64,000 nucleotides of DNA from Camelus dromedarius (taxonomy: Eukaryota): positions 13,144,001 to 13,208,000 of the forward strand of contig NC_087447.1 of the NCBI RefSeq assembly GCF_036321535.1. Reading direction: 5' to 3'. Shown in pieces: positions 35,441 to 47,987 of the stretch (positions are counted from its first letter, which is position 1; each line of letters opens with the position of its first letter). The notes under the pieces were generated by a model. The model made no database searches. It saw only the letters and a program-made list of their open reading frames with translations, and was not told the origin of the DNA. The position numbers and the translations under genes are program-made.

Positions 35441-37704
35441 CACTTGCCGATATTGTAATTCTCATAGTCCCAGTGTACCACGTGGAGCGGGGAAGGCAGG
35501 AGGGAGGCAGACAGGTGTTTTCCCCAAATTGATGGAGACTCGCAATCGGAATCTGGGGAGATCTTCAGAGATGATCTAACCCAGCTCCTTTATTTTATGA
35601 ATGGAAGCCTGAAATCCCAGGGAGCAAACAATTAAACAACAACATGGGAGAAAAAACTAGGTATCACTGTCCACGGATACAGTGTATTTGCTAGATGATT
35701 ACCTGGAATGGAAGTATATCTAAGTGTATCTGCTTCTATTTGAAAGAACTGAAGTGATTAAATTCTTTTCATGCTTGTGTGGGTGGATTCTCTAAAAAAG
35801 TAACAAGAGGAAATGATTGAGAAAAGCAGGCTACATCATTTTTATTGTGTTGTGTTTGTGAGAACTATTTTGGAATTAGCGGAGCCCACTCCTCTGTATA
35901 CTATTTCCAACCTAGGCAACCATAATTGATTGCCTGATAAGATGCAATTCAGGTAACTTTTTCTGAAAATTAACTTATTTTGAAAGAGTAGATAGGCAGA
36001 AATAAATGAGAAATTAAAGAAATACATTTATATTGCTGCTCATATTCTCTACTGCACACCCAGGGTCAGTATTGTGGCAACAATATTCAAAGTTATGTAA
36101 TGCTTTGGAATTTTCTGAGTCCTGGTTGGTTTGTTTTCCATTGCCAGACCTTTGGTATTTTTAAAATTAAAATATTCTTATTTGTTTAGCACATTTGAAC
36201 AGAGCATGCAGGTCTTACCAACCATTCAACTGCAAGAAACCTGAAATAATCAATGCACTTTTGTTTCTCAGTAAATTTTCACTTAGGGTTTATATATTTA
36301 TAATTATGAACTCCTGGTCTTAGCTTCCTATAACAATCTAAGTGGGCTTCCAGACTCTAATAGGCTAGGCCCTATTCTTAAATATTTAATCTTCATTCAA
36401 AGGATAAATGGATAATCATATTTATAAAGATACTTTCAAGTTAATTTAAATCACTATCATTAGTAATGTAAAATACATTTTTATTTATAAAATATTCCTT
36501 TCTTCTAAAAATAAATACCAGTATGAACTTCCAGTAAAATTTTTGGAAAATAAAAAGGAACATAAGTTGGAAAATTAAAATTCCCAAGTTTAACCATCAT
36601 AAAAAAGCCATTTTTAAAAGTTTATTTAAATATTTAAATGAATTTCTCTTGGATATAACATGATAGTTAAACAAAATAATTTTTGAACTTTGGATATTTC
36701 CTATAAGGAAGGAACACTGACTATAATGTAATTCTAAAATTTAAAAAAGTAAATTTTTTTCAACTTGATGTCTCTTAATGAGCATTAAGTTTAATTTTGC
36801 TTATAGTAGCAATGCCCAATTTAATATAAAAAGCAAAAGGCATCAATGATTCATAAACATGTTTTAATTCATTTAAAATTTATTGAATCAAAAAAATCAA
36901 AAAGGAAAAAAAAAACCGATTGAATCCAAGAATGAAGTTTTAAAACTAAAACTGACTTTACTATAGCTCTGTAAGAGAAATACAGGCAAATAGAAAAAGC
37001 AGAATTGTAGACAAATTATCCAATACATGCTGCAAATAACTGTAAAGAAACGTAAAAGTCTCATGGAGTAATTTACATAGCTATTTCCTCTTCCAAGTTG
37101 AAAAAAAATGAGTCAGTTTATAACTTCGTTCCTCACTTCCATCACGAATTACTGACTAATGGATGATGGTCATTTCTAACATTGCACTATCCCTTCAGAA
37201 TCATAGCACATTGTCTACTTTGCATTTTTTTATTTAATTAATATTTATTTGACATTGACTATATGCCAAGCACTGTAAAAACCACCTGTATGCCCTACAC
37301 TGATTCTGTGATCTCATTAGGTGCTATTTAATCAGGTAAGTTCTGTGGTTACCTCCCTGGTACATCCTAAAATGGATTATGTGTTCACCCTACTCAACAC
37401 TATGAAAAATTATCTCAGTCTCTTTATTCTTGACAAAGATAATTTCCGGCTTCCTCACAAAATAATTTACATTACACACAGCCTGGAACTTGGTCACTGT
37501 GCTCGTAGCCATTGGAAGAGTCTTGGCACTGGATGTTCAAAAGAGCTTTGTAATGTGAATGAGTGATTCCAGTGGAGCTCGAAATGACATAGATCTTTAA
37601 AAACGCATTCGTGCCATTTCAATTAGATGTTAGCTTTCCATTTTCTCATCAACGATTTGCTTCATCACTCTGTCATTCCAGATAACTTTCTTGAACATCA
37701 CAGC

Positions 37705-38644
37705 ATGGGAAACAGAAATAATGTTACTGAATTTATTCTCTTGGGACTTTCTAAGAACAAGGAAGCCCAGATCCTCTGCTTTTTGTTTTTCTTACTCTGC
37801 TACCTCGCTCTTTGGTTGGGAAATTTGCTCATCATGGGTTCTATCACACGCAGTCAGCTGATCAACCAGCCCATGTATTTCTTCCTTAATTACCTTGCAC
37901 TCTCAGACCTCCTCTATACCTCCACCGTGACGCCCAAGCTTATGACTGACTTACTGAATGAGAGGAAGGTCGTTTCCTATAAAAACTGCATGACACAGCT
38001 TTTCCCCACACACTTCTTTGGGGGCATCGAGGTCTTCATCCTCACAGGGATGGCTTATGACAGCTACGTGGCCGTCTGCCAGCCCCTGCACTATGCCGTC
38101 ATCATGAGCAGGCAGAGGTGTAAACTCCCTTCTCATGGCACCAGCTGCAGGGGGGTTTCTGCATTCCCTTGGCCTGTTTCTCCTGACGATCTTTCTACCC
38201 TTCTGTGGCCCCAATGAAATCGATCACTATTTCTGTGATGTGTATCCTTTGTTGAAACTGGCCTGCACTGATACGCACAAAATTGGCTTTTTAGTCATAG
38301 CCAATTCCGGCCTGATGGGACTGGTGATCTTCGTGGCTTTGATGGCCTACTACTTTACGATACTGTATAATGTGCGCACATATTCTGCCGAAAGCCGCCA
38401 CAAAGCCCTTTTCACCTGCAGTTCCCACATCACGGTTGTGATCCTCTTTTTCGCACCGGTCATCTTTGTTTACATTAGACCTGCCACGACTTTACCAGAA
38501 GATAAAATGTTTACACTCTTCTACACAATTACTGTCCCCATGCTCAACCCTCTTGTCTACACACTGAGGAACAGGGAGATGAAAAATGCCATAAGGAGAG
38601 TTTGGTGCAATGAAAAGCTTTGGGAAAGGAAGTCAGTGATTTGA
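37705..38644 (+). pseudogene. OR4P-like olfactory receptor pseudogene (single +1 frameshift)
   Basis: ORFs 37627-38217 and 38135-38644 are the two halves. Removing one A from TGT AAA C (38122-38124) restores [13 protein letters not shown] and a 312-aa receptor. Also has MAYDRY>MAYDSY. Confidence 0.9.
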
Positions 38645-38828
38645 AGGCCGTTCATCTTTTGATGCCAACAGCTGACTCCTCATCACACCCACTGTCCTTG
38701 ATTCCGTCCTGCCGACGGGGAACTCAGTCAGGACGAGGGGAAAGCCATGCCTTCATCAACAGCCTGCCTTCAGCGATGTCCCTCTTTCACACGTCTTTTT
38801 TCTTGATGTGTTTCTCTCCCTCTCTCTC

Positions 38829-39000
38829 TTTTTTTTAATTGAAGCATAGTCAGTTTCCAATGTTGTGTCAGTTTCTGGTGTACAGCACAGTAGTGCAGTC
38901 ACACATAAACATGCACATATTTGTTTCCATATCCTTTTCACTATAGGTTACTCCACAATACTGATGTAGTTCCCCGTGCTGTACAGTAGAAACTTGTTGC
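38829..39000 (-). mobile_element. L1 3' end fragment (artiodactyl-type)
   Basis: T-run followed by AATTGAAGCATAGTCAGTTTCCAATGTTGTGTCAGTTTCTGGTGTACAGC. Confidence 0.85.
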
Positions 39001-40689
39001 TGTTCTTCCCTTGATTCCATATTTCACTGCATTTTAAGTTCCATGAAAGTAGGGATCGCGTTATATTTATCCCACTGGTCATTTCCTGGTAGCAGGCCAA
39101 GTGCACGGCACAAGTTAGGAGCTCAATATGTATACGTATTGAATGAATCTGTGAATATCTTGTCCCATAGCTCTGCTTTTCATCCCTTTTAGGAGTCACC
39201 TTCATGGTTTAATTACCAGCTTGGACACTAAATGCCACCCTTTTGCTGATAAGTGTTCCTCTTTACCTATTTCTCTACTTCAATATGTTTTCACTTCACA
39301 CAGACAGACATGACTGAGGACAAGAAAGGATTCCACACTGGATCCAATCAGCCAGATGAGACACCAGAGACCAGGAAATATAGTAGAGGACTGGGTTCAT
39401 TCTTTCAGATTTATTCATACAGTCTCGTTTCAGTTTTCCAACAAAGTTTGAATATATGATAAGTTTGTTATTCATAAAGTCCTTTCTTACAAGAAAAATA
39501 GCCAGTTTATATGAAAATAGTCAAATCACAGACACAGAAGTACACACAGACAGACACATACACAATCTCCAAATTAAGACTGCTAACTGAATTTCTTTTT
39601 TTTTCCCATTGGTGCTGAAAAAAAGCTGTATGACAAAAGACAGTCTATGTGCCTTTATAGTTTAAAATTTTTATTTTAAAACATTCTATCTCAACCAACC
39701 TTATATTTTTTCTATAATGCAAATCACTACATAACTTTATATGAAACAATGGTAGCTTAAAATATTGAATAGTCAGTAATAGGATTCAATTCTTCCAAAT
39801 TATAGACCAGTGATTTGTTTCTTTAACCTTAGACTTCTCTCTATAACCACTTGCCCTAGAAATAGATCACCATTTAATAACTATATCTACTTTTTATTTG
39901 GCATAATTTTTGCAATATAGATATGTGGTTATAAGAACGTCATTTTTCGGGCAGATATTGTCTTCTTTATTTCACATTAAAGCTAATTAGAACATGTTAT
40001 TTTAGATAAGTAGCCAGAATAGTCAGCTAATACACCTTACCCTGAGGTGTCTCACACATCCAGTCCCAGGCCATGCTAGACCCTCCCCAGATGCCCTAAG
40101 GAAGGGCAGGGGCAGGAACTGTCTCTTGAGGGGACCACAGAGCAGAGGGCAGAACAGCACCCAGGCTCTGCGGGCCAGCACATCCAGAAGAGAGAGGAGA
40201 GCCCACAGCCACAGACACTCTGTTTCTTCTAAACTCATCACTCAGGGATTTCCTCCTCTTACCCTGGGAAGGAGAAATAGAGGGCTTGCAAGAGAAAATA
40301 GTTATTTGATTCTAGCTGAAGACTCTGACACAGAAAAACATACTCAGGAAAACAGTTTCTCTCCATTCCCTCTTTCCACCCACTCCCACCCCACAAAAAT
40401 ATCTAGCACCTTTCAGTGGAGAATTCTTCCCTTTCTCCTGTTGTGTAATGCCATCGTTATCACCATCACATTACATATTCTGTGGACTATTTCTGGCCTG
40501 TCTCTTCTCCTCCACGAAACTACAGTAGCAGTAGAACGAAAGTGGTAACGCTATTGTGATACACTGTTGTGTTTCACTTTCTGGGAAAACGAATCCTTGC
40601 CTGCACCCCCCTTTTTAGTTCTTGTTGTTGTTGTTGTTTTTCTCAAATTGTTGTAGTTACTATTAATTGTTTGTCCTCCAGATGCCCTT

Positions 40690-41100
40690 TAGGGCAATTG
40701 TGTCAAATTCCAAAAATAACGATTGGGATTTGATAGTTATAACTATCCATTGATTTGGGAGAAATTGACATCTGATTGTCTTCATCCATCCAAGAACATA
40801 CTATGCATATGTTTATTGAAGTCTTATATCCAGAGGTAAATATTGTCACTTATTCAAATAAATCCTGTGTACTTATAATTAAGTTATTCTTAAGTATTTC
40901 ATCTCTTTTGTTGCTACTGGGGAAGCAACATTTTTTTCCCATTATGTTTCCTCATTGGTTATAATCATTATCTAAAAAGTAGTCATTTTGAGATATTTAG
41001 CTTTATACATATGTGTGTATCTTTCATATGTTGATTTATTCTTGGCATTAATAGAAGAATATAAAGTCACATCGCATATGCATTGGGCTCTAAAGTCAAT
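40690..41100 (-). mobile_element. Old L1 ORF2 fragment
   Basis: GATTTGGGAGAAATTGACATCT...CATCCAAGAACATA matches minus-strand L1 RT-region sequence. Confidence 0.6.
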
Positions 41101-42199
41101 GTACGAAATGAGCTTCGAGTGTGGTCAAAATGATCCAACATCAGTCACTCAGCTAGTAAGTGGTCAAGACTCAAATACCCAGCTAGGCAAGATGCATGTG
41201 CCCTCAGGTGTGCCTAAGAGCTGAAACCCACCTGAGAAAGAGCAGAAGACCATTCCACATTGCTCGCACATGCCGGCATGTCGGGTGGAACGTTGGGCGG
41301 GGCAGAACCTCCCATACTATTCAAATTATTTTCCCCGTTACCTTGTTTGCCTACTATCTTTCCCAAAATCTATATTTGTGTCCTCACATGTTCAATATGC
41401 CTCTGAGATGACTGCACTGTCCTGCTTGGTAAGTCATGGAGGCTGGATTCAGGCTAGTTTAACAGGTTTGACATTAACTATATATATATGATTAAGGACT
41501 AAACTGCAAGTGGCTTTTCTACAAAGAGGAAGAAAATAAAATCATCAAAATAAATGATTTTCCTCAAAGTAAAAGATTTTTTTCTTACTTTTCAAATAAT
41601 CCTGAAATAGTATTTGACAGAAAATAGAGTAGATTTAGTGATGGAGTTTTTTGAATTACACCTTCTCATAGAGAGGAAATTGAGATTTAGTTATTGAAAA
41701 ATTTTTTTTACAAAGGGAATGATTATAATCACATATTTATGAATTTTTCTCAACACCAGTGTTAAATTTTCTTCTTAAATTCTAAATTTATCACTTTTTT
41801 GGCCAATGCAATTACTTTTTTTTGCAGTCTATATTTTCCAGTAGCTGAATCTTATGTTTTTAGGGATTTCTCACTTAGAAACATAAAGTTCTTCTTGGAA
41901 ATCTTTCTTCCACCCTTGCTACTGGCTTTAATGAGTAGCTTGCTTCATTATCACAGTAGTTTTACCTTCTCATAACGTTGATCTCTTCTCTCGTTCTCTA
42001 TTATAACTAGTTTATTCCTTTGCCAGCCACTTCTCTATTTCATTTCCGAGTATAGGAAACCCCTTCTCCTCAACCTTTGCTCTTTGTGCTAGTTTTATTA
42101 TGTTACTTTTTCATTCAGGATTCCTGGAGAATCTCTGAATTTGCCTGTAAAGAAGCTGAAGTTTCTTTATTACCCTCACAATGTATAAGAGAATGTACC

Positions 42200-42770
42200 T
42201 TTGTGTCAAGCTATGGGAATCAGTCCCTAGAACTGAGAGCTAGTGTTCCACAGCGTGCCCACTGTCAGCCAGTGAGACCCCAAAACTCAAACTTTGCACC
42301 CCTTCCTTGTAAGGCTCACCAGCAGTAAGCCTGGAGTTTGGGGGTTCCTCTCACCACTTCTAAGCATGGATAAACATGAAGCTGTGGAATGTGAAGTCAT
42401 CAATCTGAGGGCCCTTGAAAGAAATAAATGATGCAATTCAGAATCCATGAGTGAAGGTGAACACTGAGCAAGGAGAACCAAGGGGTGGGATCGACCCAGG
42501 CAGACAAACTCCCTGTCATTCTCTTGCTTCCATGGCTAGTTTCCCTGTGCGGTAGTCCTTGCCTGCCCTCTGAGCCCTGATTAGAAAGTTGTGTGTGATG
42601 TAACGTTGTATTTAGCTCTGTAACACCTTCTGAGTATGGGTTCTCCTCTCACCCCGACATCACTTCCAGTTTCCCTCAAACCTCGTTCCCTGAAATGACG
42701 TTTCTGAATAAACTGTTAGCACATACATTTTGTCTCAGGTTTTGTTCTCTAGGGAATCCAAGCCAATTAA
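42200..42770 (+). mobile_element. ERV (ERVL-class) solo LTR
   Basis: 3' end TGAATAAACTGTTAGCACATACATTTTGTCTCAGGTTTTGTTCTCTAGGGAATCCAAGC resembles old ERVL LTR termini, with an internal AATAAA. Confidence 0.5.
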
Positions 42771-45700
42771 GAATACTTAGTCGGGGAGGGGGGTTAAGAA
42801 TATTCTTGTCATTATGAGAATTAGGAGGCGTATTTTACAATGGGTTAAGCTTTCACAAAATCACAACAGCTCTTCGATAATAAGAGACTTTGGGTTAAAC
42901 TGTCCATTTTAACTACAATACGGCTGTGAACAATGAAATCATATCTGAAGGTGGTCACACCAGTGGTTGAATCTATCTTGATTCTGTGGGCAGTATGAGC
43001 CCTCTTAGTTTGGGTGGCAGAACAGTTATTTGCACAGAGGTGCAACAGCGGTTGGTCATCCTTCTGCCAGCACAAAATTGGATAAACCAGGCCTTTATTT
43101 TTGACTATGTCAGAACTACTTCATTTAAAGGCACATTTCATTTAGTTAGGTAGGATAAGCCCCTCACTGAAAGGTAAAGTCTGTACTTCACTTGTGAAAA
43201 GAGCACCCACAAACCCTCCTGGGACACTCAGAGCTCGCGGAGTGCCAGCTTTAGAGGCAGTAACAGATTTTGCTTGTTCAAGGGCAGGCCCTGAACTTTA
43301 AGATCTTCCCCCAAGATCTGGAGGATGAGCAGCCCCGTCAGCACTGAAGCTGAACAGGGGAGGCAGCCCTCGTTATGAGAGATAGTGATACGGGTAAAAA
43401 CATTTACAGCAAAATAGAAACAAGCACATACACAGACTCCTTTCAGAAACTATATACCTGGCCTTATGTCCTACAGCCCTAGATTTTTTTTTTTTTTACC
43501 AAATAAACCAGAGTTGTGTGTGTGTATATGTTTGTAAACCACTGTTACTGTACCTAAGTGAGGAGAACACACAGATCCAAGCAGAACATCACAGTGTGAA
43601 GCCCAGTCCCATCGTCTACACAGCACGTGGCTGTGAAAAGCAAGTCACGTGGGATCTGCTTGTGAAACGCCGTCCCTGACACACACGCATATTGGAATGT
43701 ATAACTCACGCTATCTTAACTGGTTCCACATTGTCTATAGGACCAAGGAGTGAACAAACCACAACCGGCTTTACTACAAGAAAGAAGGAAATATAAATCT
43801 TTCAAAATAAGTGATTTTTTCAAAGTAAAAGATTTTCACCTACTATCTAAATCCAAGCTTAAAATAATCCTAAAATGACATGTGACATAACACAGCTCTG
43901 ATTCAGGGACTGGGGATATATAGTTATGTGAGAAAGTGAGAGAAAATGGAATTTTTGAGCAATTTTCTGATGAAATTTGATGGAATTAAGAGTATTTTTG
44001 GAGAAATTGGAGTCATTCACCCAATGTGTTTTGCTTAAAAATTAAACCAGATATTCCTCAGTTTTATCTAAAAATTGCATCCAATTCTATCTTCTGCTTT
44101 TTTTCCTGTACATGCCACTACTGAGAATGAAATCTTTGATCTGGCCTTTATGCAGACTTCCCACTTGCTGGCAAGCTTGAAATACAACTTTGATGGTTGC
44201 CATCAAATTTTATGAGATTTTAAAAATTCCGTTAGCTGACTGCTTAACTTTCTCTATACTTTGCAGTTTGATGCTTAGAAAAATTTTAATCTGCTGAGTT
44301 TCAGCTTACCCATCTGTAAAATAAAGCAGATAACTAGGTCATTATTTCAAAGGTAGAGTTCATAGAGCTTTTTAAGACAAAAACTTATCACAAATATCTT
44401 GTGTTGATTGAAATGCTATTTTATTATAATGTTGCTTAAACATGAGTGAACATAAGCCACAAAAATCGTCTGCTTATAGTTCTAATGTAATGAAAACATT
44501 ATTGTACAAAATGAATGTTTGTGTTAAAATTCTTAAATGTTTCACAAAAGTTAATTTACAGATATTAAAATAATAAGAACAATAGCAAAATGATTTTGAG
44601 CAGTTTCTGTTCTAAGAAAAATACTGCTCATTTTTTTTTCAGCATCATAATTACCTTATAAGATACTTACTACTAGCTGTAAATTACAGAGGAACAAAAA
44701 GAGGAGGAAAACACAGTTGCTTTTCCAGGGCCCCTGAGCTCAGAGGATGTTATTCATCAGCTGTCACCAGCTTCACATTTTTTATTTTCAGAGTGATGCA
44801 TCATTTGAATCGTCATTGCCATCTCTGCCATTAGTTTAACTTTCTAGTAACTCAATAATTTATAATAACCATCATTTTATAGGACAATAAATTTCAGTTT
44901 AACTCAAAATGAAGTATTAAAAATAAGACCTTTGTTAACAATTTCCTCATTGCTTCGAGTTACCTTTAATGAAATAATGCAAACTGGCGTGCATCATGGT
45001 GTAGACGGAATAATAATTTCACTAAAGATTCCGTTAGGTTATTAACTGCTCTAATAACAATTCCTACGCAAACATGCCCCTTAAAAGGACAAGTCTCCAA
45101 TCATATTTCTCCATCTGAACTTCTCTAAAATGTTTTATCACACACTGTGCTAGGACATTATTTTATATTTTCGTATGTGTATTCATTTATATATTCAGTT
45201 TGTTTGTACTTTTTCTCCTTCACATGTGCAACATAATACATCATTCCACCCCATCATGTTATTTTCATGATGTCCAGTGAATCCCATTTTATGAAAGAAT
45301 TAATAAAAAGAGTTATCTAATTCAATTATTTGTAAAAACTTCTCAGTTCTATAGATATCTGTGGATATCCAGATGTGTAGAAGTTCTATAGACACTGGAA
45401 ATTTGTAGCCTTCATTTTGATGGTAATGGAAAACAAAATTAAGCATACACTAAACTAAGTAGTTTCAGTACCAGCGTTTACGTTTGTTTTTACAATCCCA
45501 TTAGCTTCAACTAAGATTACATGCAGATTCCACAGTGTCCCCGCCACTAACCTTTTCACTACTGTCCACACTTCTCGTTGAAAAGTAGGCAGACATCTTA
45601 CTTTCCTCAAAAATCCCATTTTATGTCTATTATTTCAGCATAATTCTTAATAGGACTCCCCTTTTTACATCCAAATTGTCTCAATTTGGACAATAAATTA

Positions 45701-46398
45701 TATGGCTACCCTATTTATTCCTAAAATACTTTTTCATTACTATATGAAGGAATTTTTAATAGTAAAATTTTATATAATTATTAATATTTTGTAGTTTTAA
45801 AATGATTTCACTGAAATCACTTTAGAAAAATCTTCCATTTTCATATAGTGATTATTTCTTACATAAATCATGTTTTATTGTTTAGATCCTACATAACTAA
45901 CTTTTACTTTTTAAGTAGCTGCAGTGAATGTGGGAAATCATGGGCTGAGTAGAAAATATGACATTAAATTTCTGATGCTCTTTTTTGATGAGAGATCAGG
46001 GGGAATAACCAGGTCACCTGGACCCTTTTGGTCTGGGATGCGCAATACGAGTGTAGCTTACGTATATTTGGAGATTCATTCATGGAACTAAATAGGGAGT
46101 CTGGAAAGGTGACTTTCAGTTCGCAACTTAAGGAAAAAACCCAAAGGGAAAAAAATATCAAAATAAAATGTAACAGAGTTTCAACAAGGAAATGATGACT
46201 CAGATTACTTAGGTAAGATGTAAATAAGAAACAGGGATGGATAGAAAAAGAAAACAGTGCTTCAATGTAAATTGTAATATTAATGAACCGACGCTAGTGT
46301 CTATGTCTGTTTTCCCTACGGCAAAGTTCATTGTTTAATAAACTTAAGTAAGCAAATATCACGTGAATAAAGCATGTAATGAGGAGGGAAAGTGCCTT

Positions 46399-47331
46399 TC
46401 AGATGATATGCCTTCCAAGCAAAAATGGTTTCTGGCACCACACTTTCCTCAAGGCATTTTTCATCTCCGTGTTTCTGAGGGTGTAGATCAGAGGGTTGAA
46501 CATGGGGGCAATGATGGTGTAGAAAAGAGCAAACACTTTGTCTTCTGGCAGAGTGGTGGCCGGTCTGATGTAAATGAAGACAACAGGCACGAAGAACAGA
46601 ACCACAACTGTGATGTGGGAGCTGCACGCGGAAAGCGCTTTGCCACGGCTCTCTGCGGGGTAAGCCTTGACGGTGTATAATATCAAAAGGTATGACAGCA
46701 TCAAGACCACAAAGGTCACCAAACCCATCGTGCCTGAATTGGCAACCACTAAGATCCCAACTCTGTAGGTGTCCGTGCAGGCCAGTTTCAGCAAAGGATA
46801 CACATCACAGAAATAGTGATCTATTTCATTGGGGCCACAGAAAGGTAAGTTAATGGTGAGGAGACACTGGACAAAGGAATGCCGAAATGCCCCAGCACAA
46901 CAAGCAGTGACCACGGCATAACACCGCTGCCTGCTCATGACGACGGCATAGTGGAGGGGTTGGCAGATGGCCACGTAGCGGTTGTAGGCCATCCCTGTGA
47001 GGATTAACACCTCAATCCCCCCAAAGAAGTGCATGGCAAAAAGTTGTGTCATGCAGCCAGTATAAGAAATCATGTTACTTTCAGCCAGCAAGTCAGTGAC
47101 TAACTTGGGCGTCACTGTTGAGGTGTAGCACAGATCTGATAGAGCAAGGGAATTAAGGAAGAAATACATGGGTTGGTCATTTAGCTGACTACACGTGATA
47201 GAAACCATGATAAGGAAGTTTCCCATCCAAATAGCTATGTAACAAAGTAAGAAAAGCAGAAAGCACACGTTTTTAATTTTCTTATTCTGGGAAAGTCCCA
47301 GCAGAATAAATTCAGTGACATTGTTTTCCAT
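46399..47331 (-). CDS. Olfactory receptor, OR4P-like, 310 aa, open but with a DRY>NRY change
   Basis: NVT sequon, [61 protein letters not shown]. Acceptor CTTTTATTTTCAG (intron ends at 47364) and a candidate donor CTG|GTAAGT with the exon ending at 49320. Confidence 0.9.
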   Translation of the reverse strand: MENNVTEFILLGLSQNKKIKNVCFLLFLLCYIAIWMGNFLIMVSITCSQLNDQPMYFFLNSLALSDLCYTSTVTPKLVTDLLAESNMISYTGCMTQLFAMHFFGGIEVLILTGMAYNRYVAICQPLHYAVVMSRQRCYAVVTACCAGAFRHSFVQCLLTINLPFCGPNEIDHYFCDVYPLLKLACTDTYRVGILVVANSGTMGLVTFVVLMLSYLLILYTVKAYPAESRGKALSACSSHITVVVLFFVPVVFIYIRPATTLPEDKVFALFYTIIAPMFNPLIYTLRNTEMKNALRKVWCQKPFLLGRHII

Positions 47332-47529
47332 GGACTAATGCAGGGGAAACTCAGCAGGTTTTCCTGAAAATAAAAGTTAATAGGTCATCATAAGGAATCT
47401 TGACCAAGCATGATGTGAATCAGAGTAAGTGCTGTAGAAATGAATTCACTTATGGAATCAGATACCTATACTCTAGTTTAAAATAATTGATTCTGAACTT
47501 TGTTGGGATAGGCTTACCATATAAATTAC

Positions 47530-47591
47530 CAGGTTAATTTCTAGAGTGAAAGGGAATAATCAGGTTAATTTCTAGAGTGAAAGGGAATAAT
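47530..47591. repeat. Perfect 31-bp tandem duplication CAGGTTAATTTCTAGAGTGAAAGGGAATAAT x2
   Basis: Seen directly (47530-47560 and 47561-47591). Confidence 0.97.
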
Positions 47592-47987
47592 ATTAATAGG
47601 GGCACTTGCTCAAGGCATAAACAAAGCCATATATTTATCTTCTATATAGATGCAGAGTGAGCCAAGGGAAGATACATTTATTTTCCTGGAGTAGCTCGCT
47701 TGATTGACAGGGTAAAACGTCTGGGCTCAAAGTGAAACAAGTGAGATGAGTCGTAAAACTTCAATCTTTTGTTTTTAAACTGTGAAAATACTGTACTTCA
47801 ATATTATTTGTATGTTTATTTTTGCTACAGCTATACAGCAAAAAACAACATTTATTATAATAAATACTTATTAAAATAAAATATTATTTTGTATTTTTCA
47901 AATATTTCACTTAAATATTATCTTGATCATTGAATTGTTTGCACACAAAGCAAGTACTTCATTTACCTCCGCTTAGTCCTGATGCTG
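47530..47987. mobile_element. Possible old hAT-Tip100-type DNA transposon remnant
   Basis: Left end CAGG..CTAGAGTGAAAG...GGCACTTGCTCAAGGCA and right end GCACACAAAGCAAGTACTTCATTTACCTCCGCTTAGTCCTGATGCTG look like degenerate inverted termini. Confidence 0.3.

Noticed and set aside
40126-40548. 140-aa ORF
   Set aside because: No recognisable motif, low-complexity composition and no splice support on the plus strand.
29434-47591. GAGTGAAAGGG shared by two separate tandem duplications
   Set aside because: An 11-bp purine-rich match with unrelated flanks is compatible with chance.
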